Shown here piece after piece: positions 12,795 to 28,528 of a stretch of 64,000 nucleotides of DNA (the stretch's first letter is position 1; the number at the start of each line of letters is the position of its first letter). This DNA comes from Macrostomum lignano (lineage: Eukaryota), in contig NIVC01001584.1 in assembly GCA_002269645.1 (NCBI GenBank), forward strand, positions 1 through 64,000, written 5' to 3'. The position numbers and the translations under genes are program-made. The notes below the pieces were generated by a model. The model saw only the letters and a list, made by a program, of their open reading frames with translations, was not told the origin of the DNA and made no database searches.

Positions 12795-13575
12795 CTAATC
12801 TCCATTCATTGTCGGCGCCAATCTCCATTCCCTCACAGCGCTAATCTCCATTCCTTCTCGGCACCAATCTCCTTTCCCTCTCGGCGCCAATCTCCTTTCC
12901 CTCTCGGTGCCAATCTCCATTTCTTCTCGGTGCCAATCTCCTTTCCCTCTCGGCGCCAATCTCCATTCCTTCTCGGCGCCAATCTCCATTCCCTCTCAGC
13001 GCTAATCTCCATTCTGTCTCGGCGCCAATCTCCATTCCCTCTCAGCGCTAATCTCCATTCTGTCTCGGCGCCAATCTCCATTCCCTCTCGACGCCATTCC
13101 CATTCCTTCCCGGCGCCAATCTCCATTCCCTCTCGGCGCCAATCTCCATTCCTTCTCGGCGCCAATCTCCATTCCCTCTCAGCGCTAATCTCCATTCTGT
13201 CTCGGCGCCAATCTCCATTCCCTCTCAGCGCTAATCTCCATTCTGTCTCGGCGCCAATCTCCATTCCCTCTCGACGCCATTCCCATTCCTTCCCGGCGCC
13301 AATCTCCATTCCCTCTCGGCGCCAATCTCCATTCCTTCTCGGTGCCAATCTCCTTTCCCTCTCGGCGCCAATCTCTATTCCTTCTCGACGCCAATCTCCA
13401 TTCCTTCTTGGCGCTAATTTCCATTCCTTCTCGGTGCCAATCTCCATTCCTTCTCGGCGCAATTCCCATTCTTTTTCGATGCCAATCGATCCATTCCTTC
13501 TCGGCGCCATTCCCTTCCTTCTCGATGCCAATCTCTATTCCTTCTCGGTGCCAATCTCCTTTCCCTCTCGCGGCA
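12795..13575. repeat. 23-bp minisatellite (CTCTCGGCGCCAATCTCCATTCC)n
   Basis: Tandem unit directly visible. Confidence 0.95.
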
Positions 13576-14694
13576 CCAAAAGACTATAGTACATTGTACA
13601 GAGAGACTTCGTCAACTACATTAAACTTGCAGAGAATGTACACGTACATACATGCAGTTGTAATACATACATGCAATGAGAATGCTTGATAAGAAACACA
13701 CTGTAATATAAAGAGGGATTAGTATATTCATTCCCGAGAAATAATTTCTAAACAAGCTCTTTAAGCTGATACATCGACATAAGCTTAATCCTTTGAATAT
13801 TCACAGGAATACGCAGATATGTATGTATACTGTGCCTTGATTAACCGGAAATTGCATATCAGACCTCATGATCAAGAGATACTAAGAGAGATCATTCTTA
13901 TGTGAGAAAGCATGCAGTCTACTGTCATATTGGTAAATTGTATTACCTCACAGCTTTTAATATAAAAAGAACTTGGGGGGTCATTTGTCAGTAATGCATT
14001 ACACAGTACTACGCTTCAAAATTATGGCTGACTGCCTTTAAAATCTTAGCACTTCAACTGTCTACTTCTACATGCAAGTAGCAAGCAACGAAAATTGTTA
14101 AATTTTTAAAATAGATGGCCCAAATTTGTTTCTCGGCGTTGCTATAGCAACAGACTACGAGTATAAATAAGTCATGGTCCTTTAATCTGAATGATATAGT
14201 ACTTTAATATAATTTAAATAGTTATCATTTTCGTCATTAGAGAAGAGGAGAGGAATTAGAAAAGAAAAGGAAAGAGGAGATTAGAGATTAGACAACACCA
14301 ACAACTATCAATACTATCGTAGAAAATAAGAGACTACAAACAAACTAGAAAATTTTATATTTTGCAGAACTATAATTTTGGAATTCGGAAAGCTTGCCCT
14401 ACAGAAATTATTCAATTTATTTAGCTCGGAAAAGTATTATTCAAAGTAATATAATAACTAATACAGTTAAACATATCAATTGCTTGAAAAGATCCATGAT
14501 ATCGGGTTACTTAAACAACAATTATAACGGTTTATATCAACTTAACTACTGTATAAATAATGACAAGATTAAACGGGATTATAACAGAACTTCGTACAGA
14601 TTATTTTTTGCACACAGCTGTGAATTCTATAGCTACTAAATTGCTCCTGAAGTCTCTCCTGAAGTCAATATCAATGCACACCAATCAAGAATTT

Positions 14695-17600
14695 TCAAGA
14701 AGATTCGCCGAAAGCTTCCTTGTCGTACATGAACTCGCCGAGACCTGAGCCAACTCGCTTCAAATTAGTGGCGTGGTCAGCCAGCTCCTTGATGGACTCC
14801 ACCTGCTCTTTCAGGTATTCGCCTTCGATAAAATCGCACAGCTGGGGGTCACCGCGACTGTCAGCGAGTTTCTGCAGATCCAGCAAGCTCTGGTGGGGTG
14901 GGGAGGTGGGTGAATAGGTTTTAGTGTCTGAAGAATCAGGGAGGGTGGTGTCTGAAAGATCAGGGAGGGTGGTGTCTGAAGGATCAGGGAGGGTGGGTGC
15001 CTGAAGGATCAGGGAGGGTGGGGTGCCTGAAGGATCAGGGAGGGTGCCGTCTGAAGGATCAGGGAGGGTGTTGTCTGAAGGATCAGGGAGGGTGTTGTCT
15101 GAAGGATCAGGGAGGGTGGTGTCTGAAGGATCAGGGAGGGTGGTGTCTGAAGGATCAGGGAGGGTGGTGTCTGAAGGATCAGGGAGGGTGGTGTCTGAAG
15201 GATCAGGGAGGGTGCTGTCTGAAGGATCAGGGAGGGTGCTGTCTGAAGGATCAAGGAGGGTGGTGCTTGAAGGATCAGGGAAGATACTGTCTAAAGGATC
15301 AGGGAGGGTGGCGTCTGAAGGATCAAGGAGGGTGCTGCCTGAAGGATCAGGGAGGGTGCTGTCGGAAGGATCAGGGAGGGTGCTGTCTGAAGGATCAAGG
15401 AGGGTGGTGCTTGAAGGATCAGGGAAGATACTGTCTAAAGGATCAGGGAGGGTGGCGTCTGAAGGATCAAGGAGGGTGCTGCTTGAAGGATCAGGGAAGA
15501 TACTGTCTAAAGGATCAGGGAGGGTGGCGTCTGAAGGATCAAGGAGGGTGCTGCCTGAAGGATCAGGGAGGGTGCTGTCGGAAGGATCAGGGAGGGTGCT
15601 GTCTGAAGGATCAAGGAGGGTGGCGTCTGAAGGATCAAGGAGGGTGCTGCCTGAAGGATCAGGGAGGGTGCTGTCGGAAGGATCAGGGGTGCTGTCTGAA
15701 GGATCAGGGAGGGTGCTGTCGGAAGGATCAGGGAAGATACTGTCTAAAGGATCAGGGAGGGTGGCGTCTGAAGGATCAAGGAGGGTGCTGCCTGAAGGAT
15801 CAGGGAGGGTGCTGTCGGAAGGATCAGGGGTGCTGTCTGAAGGATCAGGGAGGGTGCTGTCTAAAGAATCAGGGAGGGCGCTGTCTGAAGGATCAAGGAG
15901 GGTGCTGTCTGAAGGATCAGGGAGGGTGCTGTCTGAAGGATCAGGGAGGGTGCTGCCTGAAGGATCAGGGAGGGTGCTGTCTGACTCTGAAGGATCAGGG
16001 GTGCTGTCTGAAGGATCAGGAAGGGTGCTGTCTGAATAATCAGGGAGGGCGCTGTCTGAAGGATCAAGGAGGGTGGTGCTTAAAGGATCAGGGAAGATAC
16101 TGTCTAAAGGATCAGGGGGGTGGTGTCTGAATAATCAGGGAGGGCGCTGTCTGAAGGATCAAGGAGGGTGGTGCTTAAAGGATCAGGGAAGATACTGTCT
16201 AAAGGATCAGGGGGGGTGGTGTCTGAATAATCAGGGAGGGCGCTGTCTGAAGGATCAAGGAGGGTGGTGCTTAAAGGATCAGGGAAGATACTGTCTAAAG
16301 GATCAGGGGGGTGGTGTCTGAATAATCAGGGAGGGCGCTGTCTGAAGGATCAAGGAGGGTGGTGCTTAAAGGATCAGGGAAGATACTGTCTAAAGGATCA
16401 GGGAGGGTGGTGTCTGAAGGATCAAGGAGGGTGGTGCTTAAAGGATCAGGGAAGATACTGTCTGAAGGATCAGGGGTGGCATAGACTAAATTATCAAAAG
16501 GACCAAAATGCCTATATCTCTTGAGTAATAGTTTACTATAAAAAACTTAAATATATAAGCCTAGCTATAAATAAGCAATGGATAAAAGGAATTCTAATTT
16601 AATTAAAAACAATCTAATATAAATGTCATAATAACTATTTTTCAAAATTTCTAAAAGAATAACATTTTAAATCATACTAGAATTTCTACTATAGTAAAGT
16701 GAAAATATACATAACTAAAATGATAACCATTTTTAGAAATAAAAAGTATAATATTATATAATAGTAATGATAAAACTAAAGGTTTAAAATACTATAGCCA
16801 TAGGCCTATAGAAAAGGCTACTAGATTAAACTAGGCTGCAATTAGACTAGGCCAGGGGTCGGCAAACTTTTTTCAGTGCAGGCCGGATTGGACGACTGGC
16901 TGAGGTGGTGGGCCAAAAAAATGCACAACAAATTGAGGCTATAAATGACAATTTGGTATCCTATAGAATCGTTTGTTAAATTATTTTTTCGCTTGAATTT
17001 AATTCATTTCTAATTTTAGAGTAAAAATGTAAACAAGTGAACGATCCAACAGTTTAACATGTACTGGCAGCTAAATTGTTTGTTATAGTTAATTGCCAAA
17101 TCACGACATGAGGGTACTATTGAAAGTTAAACAGTGACACAATCCAACTTGAGGCCACTGGTCATCCAGATCCAGCCATCCAGAGAGTAATAGTCCAAAA
17201 TCAGCAAAGTAAGCAGTGGCTTGACTTGAATCCCAGTATGGCAGCTCGGTAGCTAATTTTTCAATCTCAAATGCATCTCCCTTTAAAAGTCCCCAGCTCC
17301 GCACTGTCACCAACTTTGACCATAAACATATTAATGCTTTGTGCGCGCAAAACTTATACTATTTTAAGAATTCCTGACATCAACGCACAAATTCAAAAAT
17401 TGTGGAAAAATGTGTCCTGGATAAAATTACCCAGTGACACTATTACCCCTATTACCCAACGTTAAAATAGTACCCTCGTGTCGTGATGTGGCAATTGACT
17501 ATAACAAACAATTTAGCTGCCAGTATATTTAATTGTAAACTGTTAGATTGTTCACTTGTTTCATATTTTTGGACTCTAAAAATAGAAAGAAATCAAATTC

Positions 17601-19802
17601 AAACAAAAATTAATTTAACGAACGATTCTACTAAAGGATAGCCGACAATTTTATATGATAGACCAAATGCCACCAACAACACGACAATTGAAATTGACAC
17701 AGTATTGTGATAGGAATGCCGAGGTGAAAGCTAATTTTGCTTGAAAAGTTGAATGTTTCAACACAAAATTGGTTCGCGGGCCACTTTTACATTGTCAGAT
17801 AGTAAGAGTGCTGCGGGCCGGACTTGAAGATGACGCGGGCCGGATCTGGCCCGCGGGCCGCAGTTTGCCGACCCCTGGACTAGGCCTTAGGGGGCCTAAT
17901 TTAAATTGCATTTTTATAACAAATTAAATTTTATAGCCATAGAAAATTGGTAAAATTGCAAAATGATTACTTACTAAATTATTATTAATAACTATATAAG
18001 CATAGACCATTAAGGTGCAGTTATTTGAAAAGCATATAAAAAAGAATTATCACAATTATTAAAGAAGTAAATTTATTTTGGTTTTAACCAAGGAATTGCG
18101 CCATACATAGGCCTTGGCCTAGGCAAAATTGTCTTATAAGTGGGCCTAATATTTTCTATATATTTTGATTTTTAATAAAACTTATTATATATATTTAGTA
18201 TTCCCTTGCCTTGCTTGGGCCTTGGCCTTGGTTTTGATATAGTGCCTAAGAAGTACTGAAGTAATAACTATTTTTATGCACGAATACTGTATTTCTTAGA
18301 AAAGCTTTTGTTCAAATTTGCACAAAAACTAAATATTTTGTTTAAACGTTGTGATCTGTAAAAATATTTTTGGGAATTATTATTTTGTTTAAATTATGCC
18401 AATTCATAGTATAAATAAGAGCCCAGATTGGGCTAGAAAAAATAAATCGTGACCGTTTGCTGCCTCTTGGTTTTCAATAAACAAACTTAGTTTGTTCTAA
18501 ATATTGAAATCACTTAAAGATTTAATCATTTCTTAGAGTAGAAGCCCCAAATCGGGAGTAGTATTAAGATCCGCTAAAAAGCGAGAATTGCCTCAGGGTA
18601 GGAAAACATTAGAAAATAGTGAATTCGCCTCAGGGCAGAAGAACCACTTCATAGTGAGGGAAAGTCGCTTCAGGGCAGGGAAAATATAAAGCTGTGACCC
18701 TTTGATCCTGGGAATGCCAGGACTGAGAGATATAAGAGTAGACAGTGCCAATAGACCACTCAGGCAAAAGTTACAGTACATGTACAACCGCTAGGCCTAC
18801 CATTAGATAAGTAGATGCTACCAATATAATTAGATAAGTAGACGCTACCTATATAAATAGATAAGTAGATGCTACCAATATAAGTAGATAAGTAGACGCT
18901 ACCAATATTAGTAGTACACTAGAGCGTTATGGACATTCAAGCATACAAACCTTAGAGATTTAGTATATTTAGATTTATGCAAAAAGTACATTAAGTAGAA
19001 ACACAGAACTAACAGGCCTGCAACAACTTTGGTGGCAAAGAGTGAAGCTAAAGAATAAATAAGAGCCCTGGGACAGCTTTTGGTGGCATTTAGTAAGATT
19101 CTCAGTGAACAGGAAACACCCCTAGCATAGTTTATTTCAATTTCATTGCATTAGGCTAAGCCTTACCCTTTTCTTTTTATGTGAATTACATTTAGATTTA
19201 ATTTAACAAATATATATATAAAGAATAAATCTTAAATAAAATGAAACTGTTTAATTAAAAAGTGAATTAGTCCCTATATTCTACATTATGTTATTTTGTT
19301 TGTTATAAATAATATTAAAGTATACATTCTACAAAGCAAATTATACTTATCTTATAGTTATAGGTTAATTAAAAATTCCTGTTGCTGTAGGCCTAGTAGT
19401 GTTAGGCAGTTAGGCCTGATGATAGGGCCTAATTTTATTTAAAAGGCTTAAAAAGGCCTGCTATACACTGAAGCTCACCTGATTGACAACTTTCTCAAGC
19501 TCCAGAGCATCCTGAATAGCTTCTAGCATGGAGCCCCAGGTCTGCTTGGCGGGCTTCTGTACATCTTGCAAGACAATGGTGCCGCCGCGCATGTTCTGGT
19601 ACTTCATCAGCTTCTCGGCATGCTCTCGCTCCTCCTCGGAGCTCTTGCCGAAGAATCCGGCGATACCCTTCAAGGCAACATCTTCGCGCAAGAAATGGAA
19701 GTGCATCGCCTGGTAGGTGTACGAGGCATACAGCTCCATGTTGATCTGCTTGTTAATGGCGGCCTCGCAGTCCTCATGGAAGTTCTGGCGTACACGGCTC
19801 AT
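14695..19802 (-). CDS. FTH1: Ferritin heavy chain, 172 aa, two exons (19802-19479; 14889-14695)
   Basis: [28 protein letters not shown]...[18 protein letters not shown]...[10 protein letters not shown]|[22 protein letters not shown]...EQVESIKEL. Phase-0 intron with GTGAG donor and CAG acceptor. Ferroxidase residues (ELYASY, EEREH, LELEK, EQV) are present. The symbol denotes the family, not strict orthology. Confidence 0.96.
14925..16475. repeat. 23-bp minisatellite (TGTCTGAAGGATCAGGGAGGGTG)n in the ferritin intron, with higher-order blocks
   Basis: Tandem unit directly visible; ends ~35 nt from the ferritin acceptor. Confidence 0.96.
16853..17877. mobile_element. Non-autonomous hAT DNA transposon, 1025 bp
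   Basis: TIRs CAGGGGTCGGCAAACT / AGTTTGCCGACCCCTG. Exact 8-bp TSD GACTAGGC at 16845-16852 and 17878-17885. GCGGGCCG subterminal motifs are present. Confidence 0.93.
18800..18910. repeat. 27-bp tandem repeat, four copies, each with AGATAAG
   Basis: AGATAAG at 18805, 18832, 18859 and 18886. Confidence 0.85.
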
Positions 19803-19908
19803 TGTGGCTAGTTAGCTATTGATATTATATAGTTCGGTCTATGAGTACTATTGCGTATATAAACCTATGTTATGCGGCGAATTTTATCCGCTGATATAGC
19901 TAAACACG

Positions 19909-19920
19909 TTTTATATATAG
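19909..19920 (-). promoter_or_regulatory. Candidate ferritin TATA box
   Basis: CTATATATAAAA on the - strand, ~110 nt upstream of the ATG. Motif match only. Confidence 0.4.
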
Positions 19921-21646
19921 AAAGCAAATGCTAGAGTGCGAATGTGAAAGCAGAGAACCTATTATCACGAACGCAACAATGTACGTTGTAAGAAAGTTAG
20001 GAAAAATTCACATTAAATGTGAAGTTAAAAGATTTTGCTCATAGTTATAAACAATCGTAATTCCTTTCAGTTTCTGCCGAAAATCATTCAATATTAAGAA
20101 TTTATTGGTTAGATGCTGCGTTTAAAAACAGTTTGTTTCGCAGATTTTTGTTTAGCTAAATATCCAACATTGTATAAATCAATTTAAAATATCGGATCGG
20201 GGACTTAAACATTAAACACTGTTCAATGTATGGATACTGTACAATTGGCAATTAATATATATAAAGGTTTAGTTTCGTATACTTCGAAGCATAGAGGACT
20301 GAACTGAACATATTGTACTGTTCTGCCTTATTGCTGCTAAGCATGCTACTGAATCAGCTTTGACAGCATCTGTTTAATAACTAATAAATGCCTTTTATAC
20401 TTTATTGGTGCCGCTAAGTACATCATATACATGTAAATGCGCTTGTATATGTGCAAGCTTCTTTTACTCTTAGCCAATGTTATTAGTAACTGCACCAATG
20501 TTGCTAAACATACAGGAGTGAAGGCCTGGAAATTGACTACAGTAGCTGATACGTTTTACTACTTCTGTACATCATCTTCAGTTATGATTGGTCGATATGC
20601 ATTTTGCGTGTGTAAAATAAAGCATTTATTTGAATTTTGAATACATCGATCGGTCTGACCTGAACAAAATTCGACAATGTTACATACGATTTCTTCACCA
20701 CAGAGACTCGATAAATATACATACATGTACATCTACATGTACATGTGCATGTACAGATTCTTGGTACAGGTAAATTTACTTTCTATTTATAATTGATGTA
20801 TAACTCATAGTAGGTTCGCCGGTGAGAATTAGCCAAGCAAGATGTACATGCAGCTGCTGCTGGGGATGCTAAAAACTGATGCCACCAGAAACGAGTATGA
20901 CTTTACTTAATGGCACTGGCCATTTCTTTCGAGCGGCGCCATGCGCTTCATTTGAGTGGCCTGCAACAGAGAGGCAAATTGTGGTGTTTGGTGTGTGCCC
21001 ATAAATATCATACAATAAAATGCTGGGTCGATTCAGCCGTAATTTATAGACCAGGAAATGATTTTTATCGGCAAAATATTCTGGGTATTTTTGCGTACAT
21101 GTCAAACCACATGGCAGGAAGTCATCACGTGACGTGCCATGAAAATTGTGTAAATTCGTGTAAAAGCATCTGACAAGTAAAATATGTACTAGAGCTTTAT
21201 GGCTCAGCAATAGCTATTATATAGTTGACTTAAAATATTCCTAGAATGGTCAATGCATGCATCACAAGGTAAGATGTTTATAACTTGTGTGCCGCATGCA
21301 GATGTAGCGTACGTGGAGCCCTACATTTCCACAAGATCTAATCATAAATTATTGATGCCCACATATACTGGAATGGCTACATGTGTTGTTAGGATTTCTT
21401 CTGAGATGAATTGGTTTGTGGGCCAGCAGCCAATTCAGTGTGGACCTATCTGAGTTGCTCGCAGATCTGACTTGCCGTCCTGATAAAGTGGGGAGCTGCA
21501 TGGCAGAGCGGACCCCACCAATAGTGAGTATTTTTACGAGCACGGAGTATATAATCCCCATCCCATCAGGGTGGCGATTGAGACAGAAGCTTCCAGTGCT
21601 GCTACATTTATTCAAACATTTTTACTCAAACAAGAAACAGCAAAGC

Positions 21647-24323
<2,677 letters not shown>

Positions 24324-24524
24324 GCTTATATCGATTTGGACGTGGTTGTCATGGAAACCAAATTCGAACCGATTTTATCAATAATAATTTTTTTTAAAGC
24401 TCGCAGTTCTACTTTTTTAAATTTCAAAGTATATACTTTTAGAAGCATCAATAAAACTGTTACAATTCGTAGGAACAAACAAATAAACAAATTAGCTGGA
24501 GAAAGCTGGAGTTTGTTGTTCACT

Positions 24525-27500
24525 TCAATCATTTTCGCTCAACTGTTTCTCGGAATCGGCTGTCTGCAGCGGTGCAATGACCTGAATTGTCTTACGCCTG
24601 TTGATCAGGACGCAGATAACAAAGGTAACGGCGCTGAGACCCAGCAAGCCAATCATGACGTACAACTTCTGCTCGATGCAAAGCAGCTTGTTGTATGAGA
24701 AGCCAATGATGAAGCCAAGAGACTGCCAGAGGCGGAGAGCGGAGAACGCCGCCCCAGCGTTGTCGGCAAAGTATTCGCCGTAGAGGGCTGAAGTTTCATA
24801 ATTCATAATTTCATTTCAAAAACGAGATAAAATTTCTAGTAGTGGCAAAGTCAATAATGAAGCCACAATCTCACCGTTAAGAAGCGTCACCCAGACGGAG
24901 TCCACGGCGCCCCAGGCGACAGCCATGCCGTGCAGCGGCCACTCCGGCTGTGGAAGCACCTCCCAGAACAGCGAGCCGACTTCCATCGCTAGCAGACCCA
25001 TTAGTGCTAGAAATTTTTTGCGAGAATAATAAGAAAGCTAAAATATTTAATCTACCATGATTGAACAAACAATAAATGGTGGATTAAGTAATCCTGATAG
25101 CACCAATATATTTTATTGAGTAAACATAATTTTCACACCAAGTGACCAAAAAGTGCTTGACTGAGTGATCCGAAACTGACTGATTGAGTGACCTAAAAGA
25201 GTCTGATTGAGTGACCTAAAAGAGCCTGATTGAGTGACCTAAAAGAGCCTGATTAAGTGACCTAAAAGAGCTTCGTTGAGTGACCTAAAAGAGCCTGATT
25301 GAGTGACCTAATAGAGCCTAATTGAGTGACCTAAAAGAGCCGTTTGAGTGACCTAAAAGAGGCTGGTTGAGTTGCCTAAAACAGATCAATTGAGTGACCT
25401 AAAAGAGTCTGATTGAGTGACCTAAAAGAGCCTGATTGAGTGACCTAAAAGAGCCTGATTAAGTGACCTAAAAGAGCTTCATTGAGTGACCTAAAATTGT
25501 TTGGTTAAGAGGCCCAAATTCCCTAATAAATAGCTTTAAAATACCCTGTATTGATCAAATTTAAATTATCGAATTAACTGGCTCAAAAGTTGGAACTTCA
25601 ATACGAGCGTACCTATAACAGTTTAACCAGAAAATACCCGAATGTGATTAGACAGTGACACCATAGCACGAGTGACATGCGAGCGTATAACAAAGTTTCA
25701 TTTTTCTCGATCCTACTTACCACTCAAAAGCACCGGAGCTGGGCCAACTCGAGCCGCAGCCTGTCCAGCAAGCAGTCCGGTCACAACCTGACTCACTCCG
25801 TAGCTGATCATCACCAGGCCGACGGAGGCGATGCCCGAGGTGCAGGCTACGAAACCCTGCGCTTTTCGAACGGGTGGCATGAATTAATTGTTCTGTCTGC
25901 ATGGAGCTGCGGTTGCTCTATGGGATGACTTAAAATGCCGGAAAAATACAATCGAATTCCATAAACCTTTTTCATTTTTCAAACACAAAAATAAATAGAA
26001 TTACGTATTGAAAATAGATTACGATTACGTAACAGACTACGTAGGAATTTCGTAAACATTCGTAAATGGTCAACTTTTATGGCATTTAACGCCCTATACT
26101 TTTTAGTGACGAATTGATGTAGGCAAGCTATAGCTCGTATCGTAAAAACTAAAACAACGAAAACCTTCAATCGTTTTTCTAAGAAGCTCTACTTAATTTA
26201 AGGTCGTCTTTCGTTAACCATTCCGCTAGCAGAAACGTGTGTCAGGCACCCACTAACTTCATATTTACATGTGCCTTCACTTTCTAAAGGGGGCTATTAG
26301 AAAACCCACTCGAAGTGGGTACTATTACGCTACACTGACGTTTTGCCGCCGTATAAACTTGTCGTTAGCCGACGTAATGTAAAAATACCCATTCGCCAGC
26401 GATGTACATCAATATCAGGCATGTCAAGTACTCGGTGGAAGTCGGAGTGTTGCCCGCGTGTGTGCCTGGGGCTTCTTGTACTGACTATCGTCAAATTTTT
26501 AAAAACGATACGGGTCGATTAAACAACTTAAGCTTCGCGGGTCTCAAACCTCAGTAAAGTCGCCGAGTGAGAAAGCCTGTGACAGTCCAGCATTGATGGT
26601 CAAAGGCACCAGAAGCAATTGCCTCGGATCCACCAATTGAGCAAGCGCTTTACGAAGCCTCTCTAACAGTTGAGAGACTTGCTGCTGCGTTCCAGCTTTG
26701 ACTGGCTCCTCGTTTTTCGGTGGATCGTTTCGATCTACGAGGAAGAACATCACCAGCACGGAGACCACTGCTGTTGCGATGAAGCAGGACATCAGAGTGT
26801 AAAACTGAAATGGATATTTAATTTAACGGAGTAAAGATGGCTACATAATATTCGAAAATGTGTTCCAGCTGTCATTAACAACAACTCATAGTGGACTAGG
26901 GATGAAAAAGGACTGAGGATGTCAATAGTGCTCTGGGATGTCTGTGATGCTCTAGGATGTCAGTGGTGCTCTGGGCGCTCAGGGATGTCAGAGGTGCTCC
27001 ATGGATGTCAGTGGTGCTCTGGGATGTCAGTGGTGCTCTGGGATGTCAGTGGTGCTCTGGGATGTCAGTGGTGCTCTGGGATGTCAGTGGTGCTCTGGGA
27101 TGTCAGTGGTGCTCTGGGATGTCAGTGGTGCTCTGGATTGTCAGTGGTGCTCTGGGATGTCAGTGGTGCTCTGGATTGTCAGTGGTGCTCTGGGATGTCA
27201 GTGGTGCTCTGGATTGTCAGTGGTGCTCTGGGTGCTCTGGGATGTCAGAGGTGCTCCAGGGATGTCAGTGGTGCTCTGGGATGTCAGTAGTGCTCTGGGA
27301 TGTCAGTGGTGCTCTGGGATGTCAGTAGTGCTCTGGGATGTCAGTGGTGCTCTGGATTGTCAGTGGTGCTCTGGGATGTCAGTGGTGCTCTGGATTGTCA
27401 GTGGTGCTCTGGGATGTCAGTGGTGCTCTAGAATTGTCAATGGTGCTGTGGGTATGCATTGCTGTAGTGCACTCATGGGGACTGAAGTTAAAAAGTTTGA

Positions 27501-28528
27501 AATAAGCTTTCTTCTTTAATCTTAAATTCGGCATTTTTCACACCTTCACAGCGGGCAGCCCGCCGGGTCCAAGCGCCTCCACTTCGGCGTCGCTGGTGGG
27601 TGCTTCTGCTCCAGCAGCCGGTTTCGCTGGACAAAAGCGATAGCCGCAGCTGAAATTGCTGATAGCGGCTGTTGAGTTGGAGACGCCTCCATCACTGCGA
27701 TCCACCAGCGTCAAATAGGAGATCAAGTTGCCCCAAATATTGCCTGGGGTGGTGAAAAATCATAGCTTTTGTACATTTGGCAATCCATGTCCACCAAAGA
27801 TGAAATTTAATTAGTTCCCAAGTTCACCAGAGTGCGTTGGGCACTGCCGCAAATCGACAAGGCAGTCGAAACCCAGCCAGCAAGAAAGCGCTTACTGTAA
27901 ATTCTGTTAACATTTACAGGTCTGAGGGCACTCCCTGGCGCAACGCCTTTGCCAAGATCGTACCGCGGTCAGAAACGACAGCCCCCGGCCGATAGCGCGA
28001 GAACTCACAGCTGGTAACTATTGTAAAGAAGACTCCGAAGAACACTGGCAAAGTGGCAACTTTTTTGCCGCCTTTATCGCCATTATTCTGACGTCCTTTG
28101 TCATCAGCCGCAGCCTCGGCGTCCGCAATGGCAGCGAGCTGCACAGTGTACAAACTCATTCCAGCCCAGAGCGGCGCTCCGCACAGACCCAGCAGAGCCG
28201 AGCCAGGTATGATGGTGGCCCAGCCAGGCGCCAAGCTCAGTAGAAAATAGATGACGTAGCCCAGCATCCCGAGCAGCATGGTCCACTTGGCACCCAGCCA
28301 GTCCAAAGCCAACGGCGACACCAGAAGCGACGAAGGCACCACGCAAGCGTAAGTTACCGCCAGGCCCGCCGTACCCAGGCCGCCAACTGAGTTGATGGAG
28401 CTCTGCAACGATGCCAGGCCCTGGTAGCTGGTGAACATCAGCAGGAAGGACATCGACAAGCTCAGCAGGCTGCGTGCAATTTTCGGCGACGAAAGCAACA
28501 GCCGAGCGCCAGAGGAAGAACCGGCCAT
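24525..28528 (-). CDS. UNC93A: UNC-93-like MFS membrane protein, ~501 aa (six exons)
   Basis: Exons 28528-28009, 27743-27544, 26804-26550, 25856-25721, 25006-24875 and 24787-24525 are all phase-consistent. UNC-93 motifs: FTSYQGLASLQSSIN, GAPLWAG, NIWGNLIS, GFVACTSG, GAAFSALRLWQSLGFIIGF. The symbol denotes the family. Confidence 0.92.
25165..25500. repeat. 23-bp minisatellite (GAGTGACCTAAAAGAGCCTGATT)n
   Basis: Directly visible. Confidence 0.9.
26915..27450. repeat. 19-bp minisatellite (GGGATGTCAGTGGTGCTCT)n
   Basis: Directly visible. Confidence 0.95.

Noticed and set aside
7295-16524. Repetitive ORFs at 7295-7934, 8593-10057, 10648-12288, 12833-13689 and 14997-16524
   Set aside because: All coincide with tandem arrays and are open in several frames or strands; they have no unique coding content.
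20208-20231. CAGUGU-loop hairpin (ACATTGAACAGTGTTTAATGT on -) as a ferritin IRE
   Set aside because: It lacks the unpaired C five pairs from the loop (a G is bulged instead) and lies ~415 nt upstream, beyond the candidate TATA box.
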